A stretch of DNA of 64,000 nt from Phoronis australis (taxonomy: Eukaryota > Animalia > Phoronida): positions 62,001 to 126,000 of the forward strand of contig NMRA01000502.1 in the NCBI GenBank assembly GCA_002633005.1, in the 5' to 3' direction. The position numbers were made by a program, and so were the translations under genes. Shown here piece by piece: positions 25,303-38,970 of the stretch. How positions within the stretch are numbered: position 1 is the stretch's first letter; each line of letters starts with the position of its first letter. The notes under the pieces are model-generated. The model was not told where the DNA came from, did no database searches, and worked only from the letters and a program-made list of their open reading frames with translations.

Positions 25303-28300
25303 GAGTGCAGTACACTTCAGACCAGGCAAAAATCCATGCAGGGGTGATAAAGCCTATGTGACGGATTTGGATCATATTATGCATTTTTGTTTAATTTCTT
25401 ATGGTAATTACTAAAATGCACTTTAAACAAATTTTATTGCGTTAGGTAGCTTGAAAGTCGGGTACCTCAGTCTTAACTGAAAACCACTGTCAGAACTTAT
25501 CCCAATAATCACAGTTTTTGTGACATTGTAAGTAACTACAGAAGCTACTAGAAAATGAAATAACTACTGTTTTGTATGAAGTCATCCATTGTCTTCGTAA
25601 AAATGAAAAATAAAAGGGTCAAGTTGCACCTTAAATTCCACATTTCGGGTTTGAAGAGTCATGGGGTCATACAAGCAGAAAACATGGATAACTTGCCAAG
25701 GTTTGAATGAGTCAATCTCAGCTGAAGCCAAATTTTACACTTTGAAACATAATTGTGGGTTTGTTCTATCTTAGTAGAATAGATAGTTGGCATCAAAACC
25801 ACCGGCAAGCACATGTCTTCATATAGTAATGAGCAATTGTTTGCAGCCACCTCAGCCAAAGTGAGCACTTGAGACAATAGCTACTAGTCATCGAAAATGT
25901 TGAGTTTTGAGATTTAAAAGTGCTCAAATGGTTGTTAAATTATTGGGCTTATTTCTTAGCAAATAAAATTCAACAAAAATAGTATTTTTTGTGTTTTTTT
26001 ACTCTACAGGTGCTTCTGATATCAATGAAGAAAAAATGGCTGATGAGGTGTATGAAGTAGTTAATATAGTGTGTTGGCATAATCTTTCAAATCTGGTTTA
26101 TGGAGATTCAAAGGAATAGCGGGACCATGCATCAAGCAATTGAAGCACTAACTGATGGCAACAAGTCCATAGCAAGCCATTTGAAATATGTTAAAGTCAC
26201 CGAGCCAGTCCCGTTCAGTGACAGTGCTGAAACTGAAAATGGCAGCTGATTCTTGCCAGGGTCAGAGTGGGCTTGTTTTCAACAGGTTGCCCCCCCACTT
26301 TGTGGAAATCGTCGATCTTAGCATGGAATCAGACGGAGGCCAAGTTAAAGTAAGATATGGGCAAACCTTCAACATCAGAAAGGCTCTAAGACCAAGGCCA
26401 GGCTTGAGTTTTGAATGTAAGTGGAAATACAGTCAACAAAGAATTTCTGGAAGAGCAGAATGTATCGATTCCAGATGGGTCAGGTAAGTTGTTATGCAGC
26501 TGCAGATCATCAATACTCTATACCTGTTGATAACGACCTTATTGTATTTGCTAAATCTCAACTAGATTCTGACTGCAGTCGCCAGGAAGGGCACAAACCT
26601 ACATGAAGTAAAGTGACATTTGATAACTTGAGTAATTTTAGCAACTCCTTCCAGTACTGTCTTGTATTAGTAAAACTAACTTTATCTCAATTTTTAGGGT
26701 TTGTCGAAATACATTCCATTTTATGAATATGCATGTGTAAGAAGTGGAAATTGGTGTCCGTTATCAAGATTTAATCGAGCCCTTGTCTCCTAGCTGACAT
26801 CAATGTCTCATCTAATTCACCTGTAGTCACTTCTGATTGGTCACATTGCCCTATCTGTATAACAAGAGATATATAATTTTCCATATATGCAGTGGAACCC
26901 CATTACAATGGGGCCTAATTTGATTAACACCATTAGGGTCTCTAATACCTGAAGCATTCAACCTAAAGAATAAGACTGGGGAAAACATTTGGGGATTCAA
27001 AATACAGCACTCTATTGGGAGTTCTGTTATGCCTACTTTCCATAAAATTCTATTGCAGGTCTATGCAGAAATTGTAAGCGTTACGAAAGAAGTTAGCCAA
27101 TGTTGTTGAGCTTACTACAGAAAGAGTAATTGTAAGTAGTTAGTTAAATAGTTGGAGTGTTATTACACAAAGCCTTTTTCTGAGATTCTTGGTTCCCGGA
27201 TTAAGTTCATCAACAATTAATGATAACAAAACAGTAGTTATAGTCGATTTTGATTTCGGTTGTATTGTGGTTGCTTATAAACCTCGCAGACAAATAAAAA
27301 TGCCGTGCATTCAGAGAATTTTGCGTCTCGGAAGTTTTACTGCGGAAGTTGTCCATAGTTACAGGAGTAGGTAACTACAATGTTTACAAGTTGCCTCAAA
27401 TATAAACAGGGCTGGTGGGCTTGTAAACTGCACATTGACTCAAAAACTGGTCACGGCCTCACTAACTCATCTGCTAGGAGACATTACTGATGGACTGTAA
27501 CACTGTCCTTGTATTTGCAGACAAAGCATTTTGTATGTATGCTGTATTTACTGCCATGTCAACCGTGTCTCTCAGACAAAGTGGATTTGGCTCCACGCAC
27601 TGTGATTTTTGGGTGCATAAGTTATGTTGTGCGAGTTTGGGACAGAGTTTGTGAGTCAAAGGATAGCGTTAACAGACCTTGAACTATGTTTATGGGGAGG
27701 AACTATGTTCATAAGTGCACAATCTGTTTAGTTCTGTGCCAGTTATTTCACCATATCTGTCAACATTTGAAAATTCCTCTGAGAGGGTAGACTGTTTGTA
27801 ATAAAATCTTAGGTACTCCAAGTAGGTCATAACAGGATTTTTATAGTCACTCCGGGCATGTGTTAGTGACCACTGAGGCAAACTTTGAAAGGTGCATTTA
27901 GCTAAAATTATAGAAGATGCAATTGTATTCCTTTTAGCCTGAAAATCATGTACTAAAACATAAAATTTTCTCAATCATCATCGTGGCATGAAGAGTGTTG
28001 GATCTTGTCTTAACTTTATGGCATTTTGAAGTAGTGGCAATGCTATATATTAAAATTGATGGTTTTCCGGGTTTTAGTTGTGAACTTACATTTTGATTAA
28101 TTGACGACACCTTTTGTTTTGAGTGCTGCTTGCACACAATGAGGATTGCATGCATATGTGAGTGGCCATCTTTCCAAGCTATTTTGAATGGTGATAATAA
28201 ATTCTTTTGCAGAAAGTAAATACAGCATACATACAAATACAAGGACAGTGTTACAGTCCATCAATAATGTTTCCTAGCAGATTAGTTAGTCAGACTGTCA

Positions 28301-30238
28301 CCAGTTTTCGGGTTAATGTGCAGTTTACAAGCCCACCAGCCCAGCTTTTATTTAAGGCAATTCGCAAACCTTGTAATTACCTACTCCTGTAACTATAGAC
28401 AACTTGCGTAGTAAAACTTCCGAGACGCAAAATTCGCTGAATGCACCGCATTTCTATTTGTCTACGAGGTTTATAAGCCACTACAATACAACTGAAATAA
28501 AAATCTGTTTTGCTATCAATAAATGTTGATGCACGTAATCCTAGAATCAAGAATCTCAGAAAAAGGTTTTGTGCAACAACACTCCAATTCATTAACTAAC
28601 TACTTACTAGTACTCTTTCTGTAATAAGCTCAACAACAGTGGCTAACTTCTTTGGTAAACGCTTACAATTTCTGCATAGACCTGCAATAGAATATATGGA
28701 ACGCAGGCATAACAAAACGCCCAATAGAATGATGTATTTTGAATCCCCAAGTATTTGCCCCAGTCTTATTCTTCATGTTGAATGTTTCAGGTATTAGGGA
28801 CCCTAACGGTGTTAAAACTTTAGCCATGTTAATTAAATTAGGCTCCATTGTAATATGGTTCCACTGCATATACACATATATGGAAAATTATATATCTCTG
28901 GTTATACAGATAGAGCAATGTGACCAATCAGAAGTGACTACAAGTGAATCAGATGAAAAATTGGTGTCAGCTAGAAGTTACTAAAATTACTCTAGTAGCC
29001 GAGTGTCGCTTTACTTCATGTAGGGTTGTGCCCTTCCTGACGACTGCAGTCAGAATCTAGTTGAGAAAGCAAATATAATGAAGTCGTTAACAACAGCTAT
29101 TGATGACCTGCAGCTGCATAACAACTTACCTGACCCAACTGGAATCGATACAGTCTATTCTTCCAGAAATTCTTTGTTGACTGTATTTCCACTTACATTC
29201 CAAAGTCAAGCTTGGCCTTGGGCTTAGAGCCTTTCTGATGTTGAAGGTGGGCACATATCTTAATTTTACTTGGCCTCCGTCTGATTCCATTCTGAGATCG
29301 ACGATTTCCACAAACTGTGTGGGGGGGGGGGAGCGAATGTACACAAGCCCACTCTGACCCTGGTAAGAATCAGCTGCCACTTTCAGTTTCAGCACTGTCA
29401 CTGAACGGGACTGGGTCGGTGATTTTAACATATTTCAAATGGCTTGCTAGGGACTTGCTGCAATCAGTTAGTGCTTCAATTGCTTGCTGCATGGTTTCAA
29501 TATTCCTTTGGAGCTCCATAAACCAGATTTGAAGGATTATGCCAACGAACACACTATGTGACTACTTCATCCACCTCATCAGCCATTTTTTCTTCAGTGA
29601 TATCAGAGACACCTGAAGGGCTTTTTAGCAAAATAGTAATTCACACTAAAAAATACTCATTTTATTGAATTTTATTTGTTAAGAAATAAGCCCAATAATT
29701 TAACAACCATTTGAGCACTTTTAAATCTCAAAACTCAAAATTTTCGATGACTAGTAGCTATTGTCACAAGTGCTCACTTTGGTTGAGGTGGCTGCAATTA
29801 AGTTTCAAAGTGTAAAATTTGGCTTCAACTGAGTTTGACTTATCCAAACCTGTACAAGTTATCCGTGTTTTCTGCTTGTATGACCCCATGACCCTTCAAA
29901 CCCGAATTGTGGAATTTAAGGTGCAACTTGACACTTTTTTAGTTTTTACTAAGACAATGGATGATTTTATACAAAACAATAGCTATTTCATTTTCTAGTA
30001 GCTTATGTAATTACAATGCCACAAAAACTGTGATTATGGGTGTAAGTTCTGATAGTGGTTTTCAGTGAAAACTGAGGTACCCGACTTTTAAGCTACCTCA
30101 CGCGATAGAATTTGTTTAAAGTGCATTTTAGTATTACCATAAGAAAGTAAACAAAAATGCATAATATGATCCAAATCCATCACATAGGGTGTATCACCCC
30201 TGTATGGATTTTAGCCTGGTCTGAAGTGTACTGCACTC
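25303..30238. mobile_element. 4.9-kb fold-back DNA element with ~2-kb inverted arms and TTAA TSD (Kolobok-like termini)
   Basis: TTAA|GAGTGCAGTACACTTCAGACCAGGC ... GCCTGGTCTGAAGTGTACTGCACTC|TTAA. Arms ~25303-27553 and ~28213-30238 align as reverse complements. ORFs 26188-26487(+) and 29126-29431(-) are homologous mirror copies. Confidence 0.9.
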
Positions 30239-30465
30239 TTAAGGTATCGTTCTTTGTCTGTCTAACTTTGCTCAGAAATGTGTTATAGCCGAACTTGAGT
30301 TTTTCTACCTTCACAAAAGAGTGTTTCAGTTACAGTGTATCTAAACAGTCAAAAAATATTCCAATGTCAGGATATGCGGCTTAGACAAACATAACAATAA
30401 ATAACTTGTATTCGTCACAATTTGAAACTTCATATACTTCTTGGGATAATTAAAAGTAATTTCAG

Positions 30466-30558
30466 ACAACTGGAGTTGCGTCTCCCTGATGTCTTCGGGA
30501 ATTTCAAATAACTCGTCATGCGAAGATGGGTTGCAGAGTGTCGTATGCAAGTTACCAG
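30466..30558 (+). CDS. Lectin gene A exon 4 (CTLD1 C-terminus)
   Basis: TTTCAG| ... CCAG|GTAAGG, phase 1-1; DNWSCVSLMSSGISNNSSCEDGLQSVVCKLP. Confidence 0.8.
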
Positions 30559-31439
30559 GTAAGGGATTCCCGTGAAACATAGATTTCCTCTCAGATCAAA
30601 TAAAAGAAAACGAGCTTGCTTACCTCTTTCGTTTCAATATTTCCTCAAACAGGAAGTAACGCGTCGTGCTTGTTAACTATGGAATGCGCCTAGCGTCACT
30701 GGGTGACGACAAATTCTGACCGCTGACGCGTCAATGAAACGAATGTATCATGAAGCGCCAAAGGGTTCTTAAAAGAGAAACATTTTGCGCGTTAAAATAT
30801 GCTTAAACGCGTAATTTTGGTTAATATACACGTATTTTTGCTAAATCTACCCGCAATTTTGCATAATCTAATGGAAACTAATGTACGTTACTTTTGCTTA
30901 ATTTACACGTCCGTTTGCTTAATCTACATGTACGCGTACTTTTAGTTCTTAGACGATCGTCGTTCACATAATATCAGTATACGTGTAAACTTTTCCCCGA
31001 TAGGTTAAGGCAAAAAGGGAATTATGTGACCTATTTGGCTGCTCAGATGTCGGGTCAGTTGGTGCTTTAACTAAATGACATCCGACATACGTCATCACTG
31101 ACCAGATCACAGCGCCGCCTGTCTTGCTCAAACAGAAATGGGGCAATTCTTGAAATGCTTAGTAATTATTTTTCGAGTAAACTATGACGCGCCTTATTGC
31201 ATTCGATTGAGTCCGGAGGACTCTTCACAAGGTGCTTTCAATAGCTAACGCTTCATACATTGTTTTTAGGTACATAGGTTAATTTTTAAAGGCAGCGCTA
31301 TGGTTTTGTCCGTCTATGTTAAACCCATGGAAAAGAGTGACAGTAGCAGACTTTTGTTTGTTTTATGAGGTGAAACAAAAGTTTTCCTGTTTGTTTTTCA
31401 AAGCACACCAGGAAATAATTTGGTTCTGTTTCCCTACAG

Positions 31440-31597
31440 GTAAGAGAATGCAAACTTTTGCCGGAAACCAGTATTTGTTTGTGAATAAGTTGGCAGGAGA
31501 GTTCAGCCAAGCAGAAGCGGAGAAACAATGCCAGAAAATCAATGGACAACTTGTTGTACCACAGGACACCGCAGAAAACTCATGGGTTTGCACAACA
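31440..31597 (+). CDS. Lectin gene A exon 5 (CTLD2 N-half)
   Basis: CCCTACAG| ... ACA|GTAAGA; GKRMQTFAGNQYLFVNKLAGEFSQAEAEKQCQKINGQLVVPQDTAENSWVCTT. Confidence 0.9.
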
Positions 31598-31716
31598 GTA
31601 AGAAGTTTTTTCAAACTTAAGTTTTAGGTGCCCAGTTTTGAGGAAATAGCCGTGGAGAGAATTGTGGTCTCTAAATAGGTACAAACTTCCAATGGAGTCA
31701 ACTGTTGTTCCCTTAA

Positions 31717-33390
31717 AGGAGAATGCCACCCAAAAACAGCCTATTTTGTATCAATTTAGATCGAGTAGTTCTACTCGATAACGGCACGTTCGACTGCGTT
31801 ACCGAACACCTGACGGTAGACGGAGGTGTTGAAATTATTCAATGACGTAATTGGTTTCACAACACGGGTTAGTGGTGTCAGCTTATCGCTTGAATTCATC
31901 ATTTAACACCAATAAATCATCAAACTGCGATGTAAAACCCTTACTTATAGTACACCGAGTTGTTTTATTTCGCTGTTACGAATTTACTGGTATTTGGACG
32001 CACCTTAGCCTACAAAGTTTGGCAGGCTAATTTACCAAGGTCCGTAGCAGGAGTTTGGGGTCTGTTCGGAGATGAATCCGAAGTATTCTTCCGTGAAATA
32101 CAGACAGGAGAACCTAGATCTGTGATACTTTTTTAAGTTCTAAACACACAAAACGCTTGTTGTCCTGTCAAGTGGTTCGGAACCCGATCACAAGGCCCGG
32201 ATCGAGTCGCGGCCGTACTGACTCGTTATCCCGGTCAGTGGCTCGGAACCCGATCAGGCCCGTCGCGGCCGCCGGGACTGACACGAACATAAACCAGTTG
32301 AATTGGAAACTAAACCTCCAGTCACGAAAAGCCTATAACAGTGAGCCAAATAAATAATGTTCACGTAATTATTTATGTGAATTAGCCAAGAAACTGAAAA
32401 TCTACTTACTTGTCGGGGGCCGCGAAGTCGGGTTCTCCTTCCACAGACCGTCAGGGCAAAGGTTGTACAGTAACGATGATTTGAATAATTTATTTGTATT
32501 TCTAAAAAAGACTCCCCTAACATGTGACCATAGCATATAAAATCGAGTAATTGTTTCAAAATAGCTTTCTGTCAGCAAACACTGAATTAGCATGCCCTCA
32601 CACGGCCTCGGTGCCCGGTCAATTATCTTTGTTGCCGGCATCAAAAAGCCGATAAAGTAGAGGTTTATTCATTGCTGGTTTCTCAAGCATTTCCACTCAC
32701 GAGCACTCCAAGGCATTACAAAATGTATCTAATGAGACAGACTTTGTTTCAGTTTCATATAAGCATTGGTTAGGATGAGATTAATTCACTTTGAAACAGG
32801 ACGCAGAATAATAAACGTCTACATGGCAACTCACCCGGCGCCAATCACGACTTAGTCGAGAGCTCATCCGACTTCACGGGTCAGATCGTTTGGTTTCACA
32901 GACTATCAATTCGAACCGGAAAACACTGATCAAGAAATACTAGAGAGGCGCAGTGAACATGCACAGGCAACAGAACGTATGGATAGTTCTTCAGTAAGCC
33001 AGAATACGTAAAAGAAATCACTGTCGACGAAATGACGGCCACAGACACGGAGATATTTCACGGCCTCATACTTGCCATTAACAGCGTACCTTTCAGTCTT
33101 CACTACCACGAGCCATTTCCTAAGCATTTCTGGCTCTCGAGGAAGTCGAAAAAACGATATACCCGCTTTCTTCGCAGCTTGATAGCTTGGACAAGCGGGA
33201 ACGATGCACCGCAATATAGCGGCCTTCACTCTGCAGACGAACCACTGACGTCGCTGCGTCGTTTCTCACCTTCCCCACAGGTTAACTCGACACCTCTGGG
33301 CAAGGTGAGGTCGACCGTATAAGAGGCGATGTGGATATAGACTGATTGAGATGGAAAAAAACGACTAATTAAATCGGGTGGCATTCCCCT
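31717..33390 (-). mobile_element. Non-autonomous Kolobok-like DNA transposon with THAP domain
   Basis: TTAA|AGGAGAATGCCACCC ... GGGTGGCATTCCCCT|TTAA. Internal minus-strand ORF 32930-33229 has the THAP pattern CIVPAC..FFRLP..W..VCGRHF. Confidence 0.85.
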
Positions 33391-33513
33391 TTAAAACCCA
33401 AATCCCAAGTTCACAAAAAACACTAATATGTAAATGAAGCCTTGTAATTACCATGTTTGCGCTTAAAGGATAAACCGTTACTGACAGCCACGCAATATTA
33501 TTTTTGTTTTCAG

Positions 33514-33616
33514 GCGAAAGACATTGGACTGGCCTTTAACGTGTGGATAGGTTTAAACGATCGAAAAGAGGAGAAGAAATTCGTTAACTCGCATGAAGAA
33601 GTACCTACTTACAAAA
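33514..33616 (+). CDS. Lectin gene A exon 6 (CTLD2 WIGL exon)
   Basis: TTTTCAG| ... A|GTAATG; AKDIGLAFNVWIGLNDRKEEKKFVNSHEEVPTYK. Confidence 0.92.
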
Positions 33617-35449
33617 GTAATGAGTTCATGGTTACATGGTTGACCTTACATTTGCTCCAACAACGTATACAACAAAATCTCAACGTCGGGCTTAAATGTC
33701 AAAACGATCACGTCTTTTTTCAAACGTTGCACAGTCTTGTTAGGTAGTTATGCTACGCAACAACTTTGGTGTATACCACAAAAATTCTAGAACTAGTAAA
33801 TATAGACTATTACCTAGCGAGGACGTTATTTTCCGTATCTAGACTGGAAGTGGGATTTGGAAGAGTTGTAACCCGATGAGTGTCGGCGCCAAGGAATATC
33901 ACAAACAAGATTCGATACAAACAGAATGTATAGATTTTGAAAAAAAAACATTGTATTGCATTTACAGTAATCTCCGTAAAATGCAATTTCTAGAAAAATA
34001 ATTGACTAATAACGTTTGGGCATTATTTTAAACATGTAACGTGTTTCTGTGATAACTAATGATTTTAGAAATGAGTTCACGGGTTTGATATATTAGTATT
34101 TCATAAAACATTGAAGCAATGTGACATTTTGTAACGAAGGTAGTCTTTTGTTTCACGTCCAAAAAACAGGAGCGGTTTTTGCAAGTCATATCCACGTAAG
34201 TGTATGTGCAAGTTTGAACTGAACCGTTCCAAACTGCATGGTCAAATTGTTCACACCTCATTCTGTTTCTTTTGGTTTGTGTTTGAATACCATTGAAATA
34301 GTATTCGCCTTTAGTTGGCATCGCACATATGATCGCTTAAGGTTCTGTGCCTCTCTGCTTTGGGACGGTAAACTGCTTGTTAACTTGATGACATTATGAA
34401 CATTAGCATTTGTGTTCCTACCGACAAGAGCATGATTGACGCGGATTTTCAGATGGGTCCAATTACTGCGGTGCTCCCTAATGACACATTTTTCACATCT
34501 ACGGATGTATCTCCTAAACGCCTTGCAAGATATTTTTGAAACTTTGGAATAGCTGACTTTCGAAATATCCGCGACATATTGAACTTCAATAGCCTGCCAA
34601 GCAGCGATCAGGTCTTTGGTGGACGGGCATTCAGCGCCACCTACAGAGTCCATGTAATGCGGATGGGATGTTTCAAGCTCCTGGTGTAAGTAGCGTTTTA
34701 ACACCTTCCCCGATACTATAATGCCGGATAATTTCCACTACTGTGCGGTGGGATGTACAGTGTAACAATGCTTTACGAAATAAAAGCAAACCTTTTGAAA
34801 TATTAACTGATGATCCAGGACGTCCTCTTCCATACATTTCTCCATGGCAAGACGTATCCACGACAAACAAAGTGGCTGCCGCTGATAAAGAGCGTGAGTT
34901 TTGATCCCAGCCGTTGTAAAAAAGCTTAAATTAATTAGGGGGCATAAAGTAATCAAATAATTGGGAAGAGCCTACTGGGAAATGTATCCCTCTGCTTGTG
35001 CATTGATGAATTACTGTGTAACAAGTGTATTGACGACCTACTGTGTAGTAAGTGTATTTTTGTCTACCAAATCTGAGACAATGGATGCACGGATTCGACT
35101 ACCGCTGTGGTTCCAAATGATATTTTCTTGCGTTTGTCTTTATATCTATGGAATTTTTAGATATCTTTTCCTGAAATTTGGAAAATGGTTTGAAAGACGA
35201 CGATACCTTCACATTTTCATATGGGTTCGATGTATTCTGCGCCGTCTAATGACAGATTTTATGATACTAATAAACACCCCTAGAGGCATACCGTTTGCGT
35301 GCAGTCGTGAGTGCCTTTCAACGCTCTGCGTTATTGGCCGCGTTTTACTGGAGGCACGTTCCGCCCTCCTCTTTCAACGATCTGCAATAAGAATCACAGG
35401 CGTACATATGGAGCGGCCAGCTAGGAGTTTCTTATGTTTGTTCTTTCAG

Positions 35450-35572
35450 ACTGGGGTGACTCAGAACCAAACGACCTACTTGGAGGCGAAGATTGCGCAG
35501 TTATGGAAATGTCGTCAAAGTGGAACGACGTCTCTTGCTCGAAACATTTCAGCTACGTTTGCAAAATGCCCG
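35450..35572 (+). CDS. Lectin gene A exon 7 (CTLD2 EPN/WND exon)
   Basis: TTTCAG| ... G|GTAACG; NWGDSEPNDLLGGEDCAVMEMSSKWNDVSCSKHFSYVCKMP. Confidence 0.95.
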
Positions 35573-36176
35573 GTAACGTAATGTACACTTTTACAAGTCA
35601 GAACGACTTACATGTATATCTAAATGATCCGATATTAAAGAAAACCTACACGTAATTTCTACTGGATTGTGTGTCCAAGATTACCTGAATAGCAACAACA
35701 ACATTACATGTATATCATGAGGACATGTGTATATTGTCCTAAAATATCAGAGAAGGCCTCGTTCCATAATTACTGTGTGTCTACATGAAAAATAAAGTTA
35801 AGTACATCATGACTGAAATAAACACAGAATCATCTTTCATCAATAAAAGGAAGGAACTGAGATGTCAAGGCTTTAAATTTCTTGAAATGTCGGTTGTGTT
35901 TGCCGATGATGGCATCTCCGAACACCCGTGCTCTCTACTAATGAGTTTTAGAAAAAGTTGGTATTAGCACTCAGCCATGTACATGTAGATGCAGAACAGT
36001 TTTTGAATTTTGTTTATTTTACTCAGACAATTATCTTATGTTACAGTGCCCATTGATGAAATGCACCGATTTAATATGTTCCCGAAAGAATGTAGTTTTT
36101 AAACTACATGTTTAAACGCATGATGTACACTTCACCTAAAATACCAGTTATTTAAAATTCATTTTCAAAATTGCAG

Positions 36177-36436
36177 CTGTGCCCGATTGCACCTTCGAAG
36201 TACCAAGCAGACAATTTGATGTAGGAATACTTCAGAAGGAAGGCGTGCGAGTGTTCACTAAGATGTCCACCACTGTATTCAAACTCGTTCGTAACGTCGC
36301 AGAGTCAGCAAAAATCATCTACACGAGAGAGACGAGAGACCACGAACTGTACTGTATGTTACACTGCTTAAGACAAAGCTGTTGTAGTTTTGCTATTTTC
36401 CTCCCCAGTAGCAGCTGCATGCTCCTTCGATTATGA
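36177..36436 (+). CDS. Lectin gene A exon 8 (Cys-rich PAN/apple-like tail, stop)
   Basis: TTGCAG| phase 1; ..ELYCMLHCLRQSCCSFAIFLPSSSCMLLRL*. The eight exons total 1050 nt (349 aa) with no stops. AATAAA at 36577. Confidence 0.85.
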
Positions 36437-37384
36437 TATGCTTTTCGATTACAGCGCCTGTATGTACAGTATGTATGTTCTACTTTGCATTTCTAGATGC
36501 AAGAATCGCGGAGCTTTGTGAACAGCCGGTAAGGCATCGAACTGAATTCAATTCAAAATATAGAAATCCGACGGTCAATAAAGCATTGACCTCAAAGTCT
36601 GACTTGGAAAATCCTTTGAAATCAAAAACCATAATGATCGTTAACATGTTGGTACTCTTTTACCCGAAGTAGATAAAAACTCTACCACTGGATGCGTGTA
36701 CCCTAACAAAAATTCTGATTGGCGGATGGTTTCCAAATTCGCGTGAAAAAGTTTTACTTTTTGAATAGAAACACCGTCATCGAAAATACATAAAGCTGGT
36801 CATTTAAAAACGTAACATCATTGAAATACAAATATAGTTTACACGCCATGACTTTCTCATTAAAATGCGCAGGATAAGGTCATTTGCGTATCACTGAAGT
36901 TATATTAATCCCAATTTGAATCTGAAAAACATACGGGAACGTCCGTACAGTCACATATGTATAAAATAAATATTATTTTTTTCTGGAAACCTCAAAAAAG
37001 AGTTCTTTTTTCCTTTAACATATTTATTTTTGTTTATTTAGGGTGTGTCTTTAAGAACCTAGGACCATCATATTCGACTTGATCGATTTCCATATACATG
37101 TACATGTACTAAGCTACTCTCAACACTGGATACTTGTCCGAATAAATATTGACTTTGTAATTAGTACATTTAGTTCCATTGAAGTTGCCCAAAATTTGTG
37201 TATATATACTTTTAAAATCATGGGGTCAGAATCACACTTGTTTACGTGTTTTTTGATGTTTATATGTAACTTTAGATGACGTTTACCTCTTTTGTTCAGT
37301 GGTCAATGTACTGTAGGATTCTGGAAATTTCTGAGATCAGTTTGTAACAGCCAATGATATGATAAGATCATGTGGCTACTAAAT

Positions 37385-38970
37385 TCAAGTTATAAACTAT
37401 TATCATCATGTGCTGGGCAAAGGATAAAATATGTTTTAAATAAGTTAATTCATCCTAATCAAACTGGGTTTCTCCCAGGTCGTTTTATGGGAGAGAACAC
37501 CTGAGAGTGATTTATGACAACTTACAATATACTCAAGTTAAGGATATTCCCGAACTTCTGGTATTAATTGATTTCGAAAAAGCTGTGTCCTGGGCATATC
37601 TTAAGAAAGGTCAACACTATTTCAATTTTGGTGACGATATTATTCGTTGGTTTACAATACTCAGTGAAAGTGTCCAACTTTCGGTCATTCAGTATGGCTT
37701 TAGGCCTAACTATTTTAACATTTGCAGAGGTTGCAGACAAGGGGATCCCCTTTCACCTTATGCTTTAGCTTGTATGCCGAAATTATGGCATGTATGTTGA
37801 GGCAATGCGAGAATGTTCAAGGCATAAAAGTAGGGTCTTTAGAGTATAAATTATTGCAATATGCAGACGACACGGTCCTCTTCCTAGATGGTTCAGAGAC
37901 CTCTTTAAAATCGTCACTAAACCTTCCTGATCAGTTTGCCAAGTATTCTTGTACGACACCCAATATCGATAAAACTGTACATGGACTGGTTCCAAGACAT
38001 GTTGTGGTGATAAGCTTTGTCGTGAAAAAGATTTAAAATGGGCAAGTTCCCAGTTCACATCTCTTGGAATTACCTTCTCTTTCAACTTACAGGACATGAT
38101 TCACCTCAACTGCGATGTAAAATTAAACGAGGTTAGCAACGGTATTGAAAATTTTAAACAAGAAATTTAACCACCTTTGGTAAGATAACGGTTGACAATC
38201 TTTTTCATTACCAAAATTGATTCACCTTTTTACACACTTCCTCTTCTAACTGCTACTTTTTAAGGACATTGGGAAAATATTTTTTGTAAATATGGGGTAT
38301 CTCTTCTGATAGAGTCTCTAGAAAAAACATGGTACAGAAAATATTGAAGATGGAGGTGGGAATGTGGTCCATATTGCGTCATTTGTCAAAGCTATTAAAC
38401 TGACTTGGATTCGGAGATTCGTCAAAAATTATTATAACAATTCTTCTCCTTGGCTAAATATTTAATGTGAAACTATTCCTAATATAAAAATGACTCTTTT
38501 CAGTTAGGTTCTTGTTTTTTCGTTGAAGTAGCTAACCGCACTAAGAATATTTTTTGGAAGGATGTTTTTATATCTTGTACGAATTTATTAATCTGTGTGA
38601 GATAGATGACCATTTGTACCAACCTTTGTGATATAACCCCAAAATTTGTAAAGACAGTTGTCCATTTTTTGGAACGAGTGGTTTCAAGAGGGTATACGAT
38701 ACGTATACGATTTAATTGACCCCAATAAAGGATATATTTATGATTATTATACCTTTTTTACACGTTTTCAATTTTGTATTACTCATTTAATATGGAATCC
38801 GGGAAGTTCAACACTTTGTTCTTGGAATCATATAAGAGACAAGAGTACTATAGTCACCCAACTTTTTCCAAAACATATTTTTCTCCTCGGAAAATAAAGG
38901 AACGGGGAAAATCTATCAATTATTCATTTCCAAATTGTATGTAAAACCTGTCGTGGAATTGAAGTGGGAA
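37385..38970 (+). mobile_element. Decayed L1/Tx1-clade LINE fragment
   Basis: Motifs YKLLS..LIHPNQTGFLPGRFMGEN, IDFEKA, GCRQGDPLSPY and QYADDT, with frameshifts. Confidence 0.88.

Noticed and set aside
34961-35581. 206-aa ORF as a gene
   Set aside because: It runs across a HINE-like repeat and overlaps the true lectin exon 7 in a different frame.
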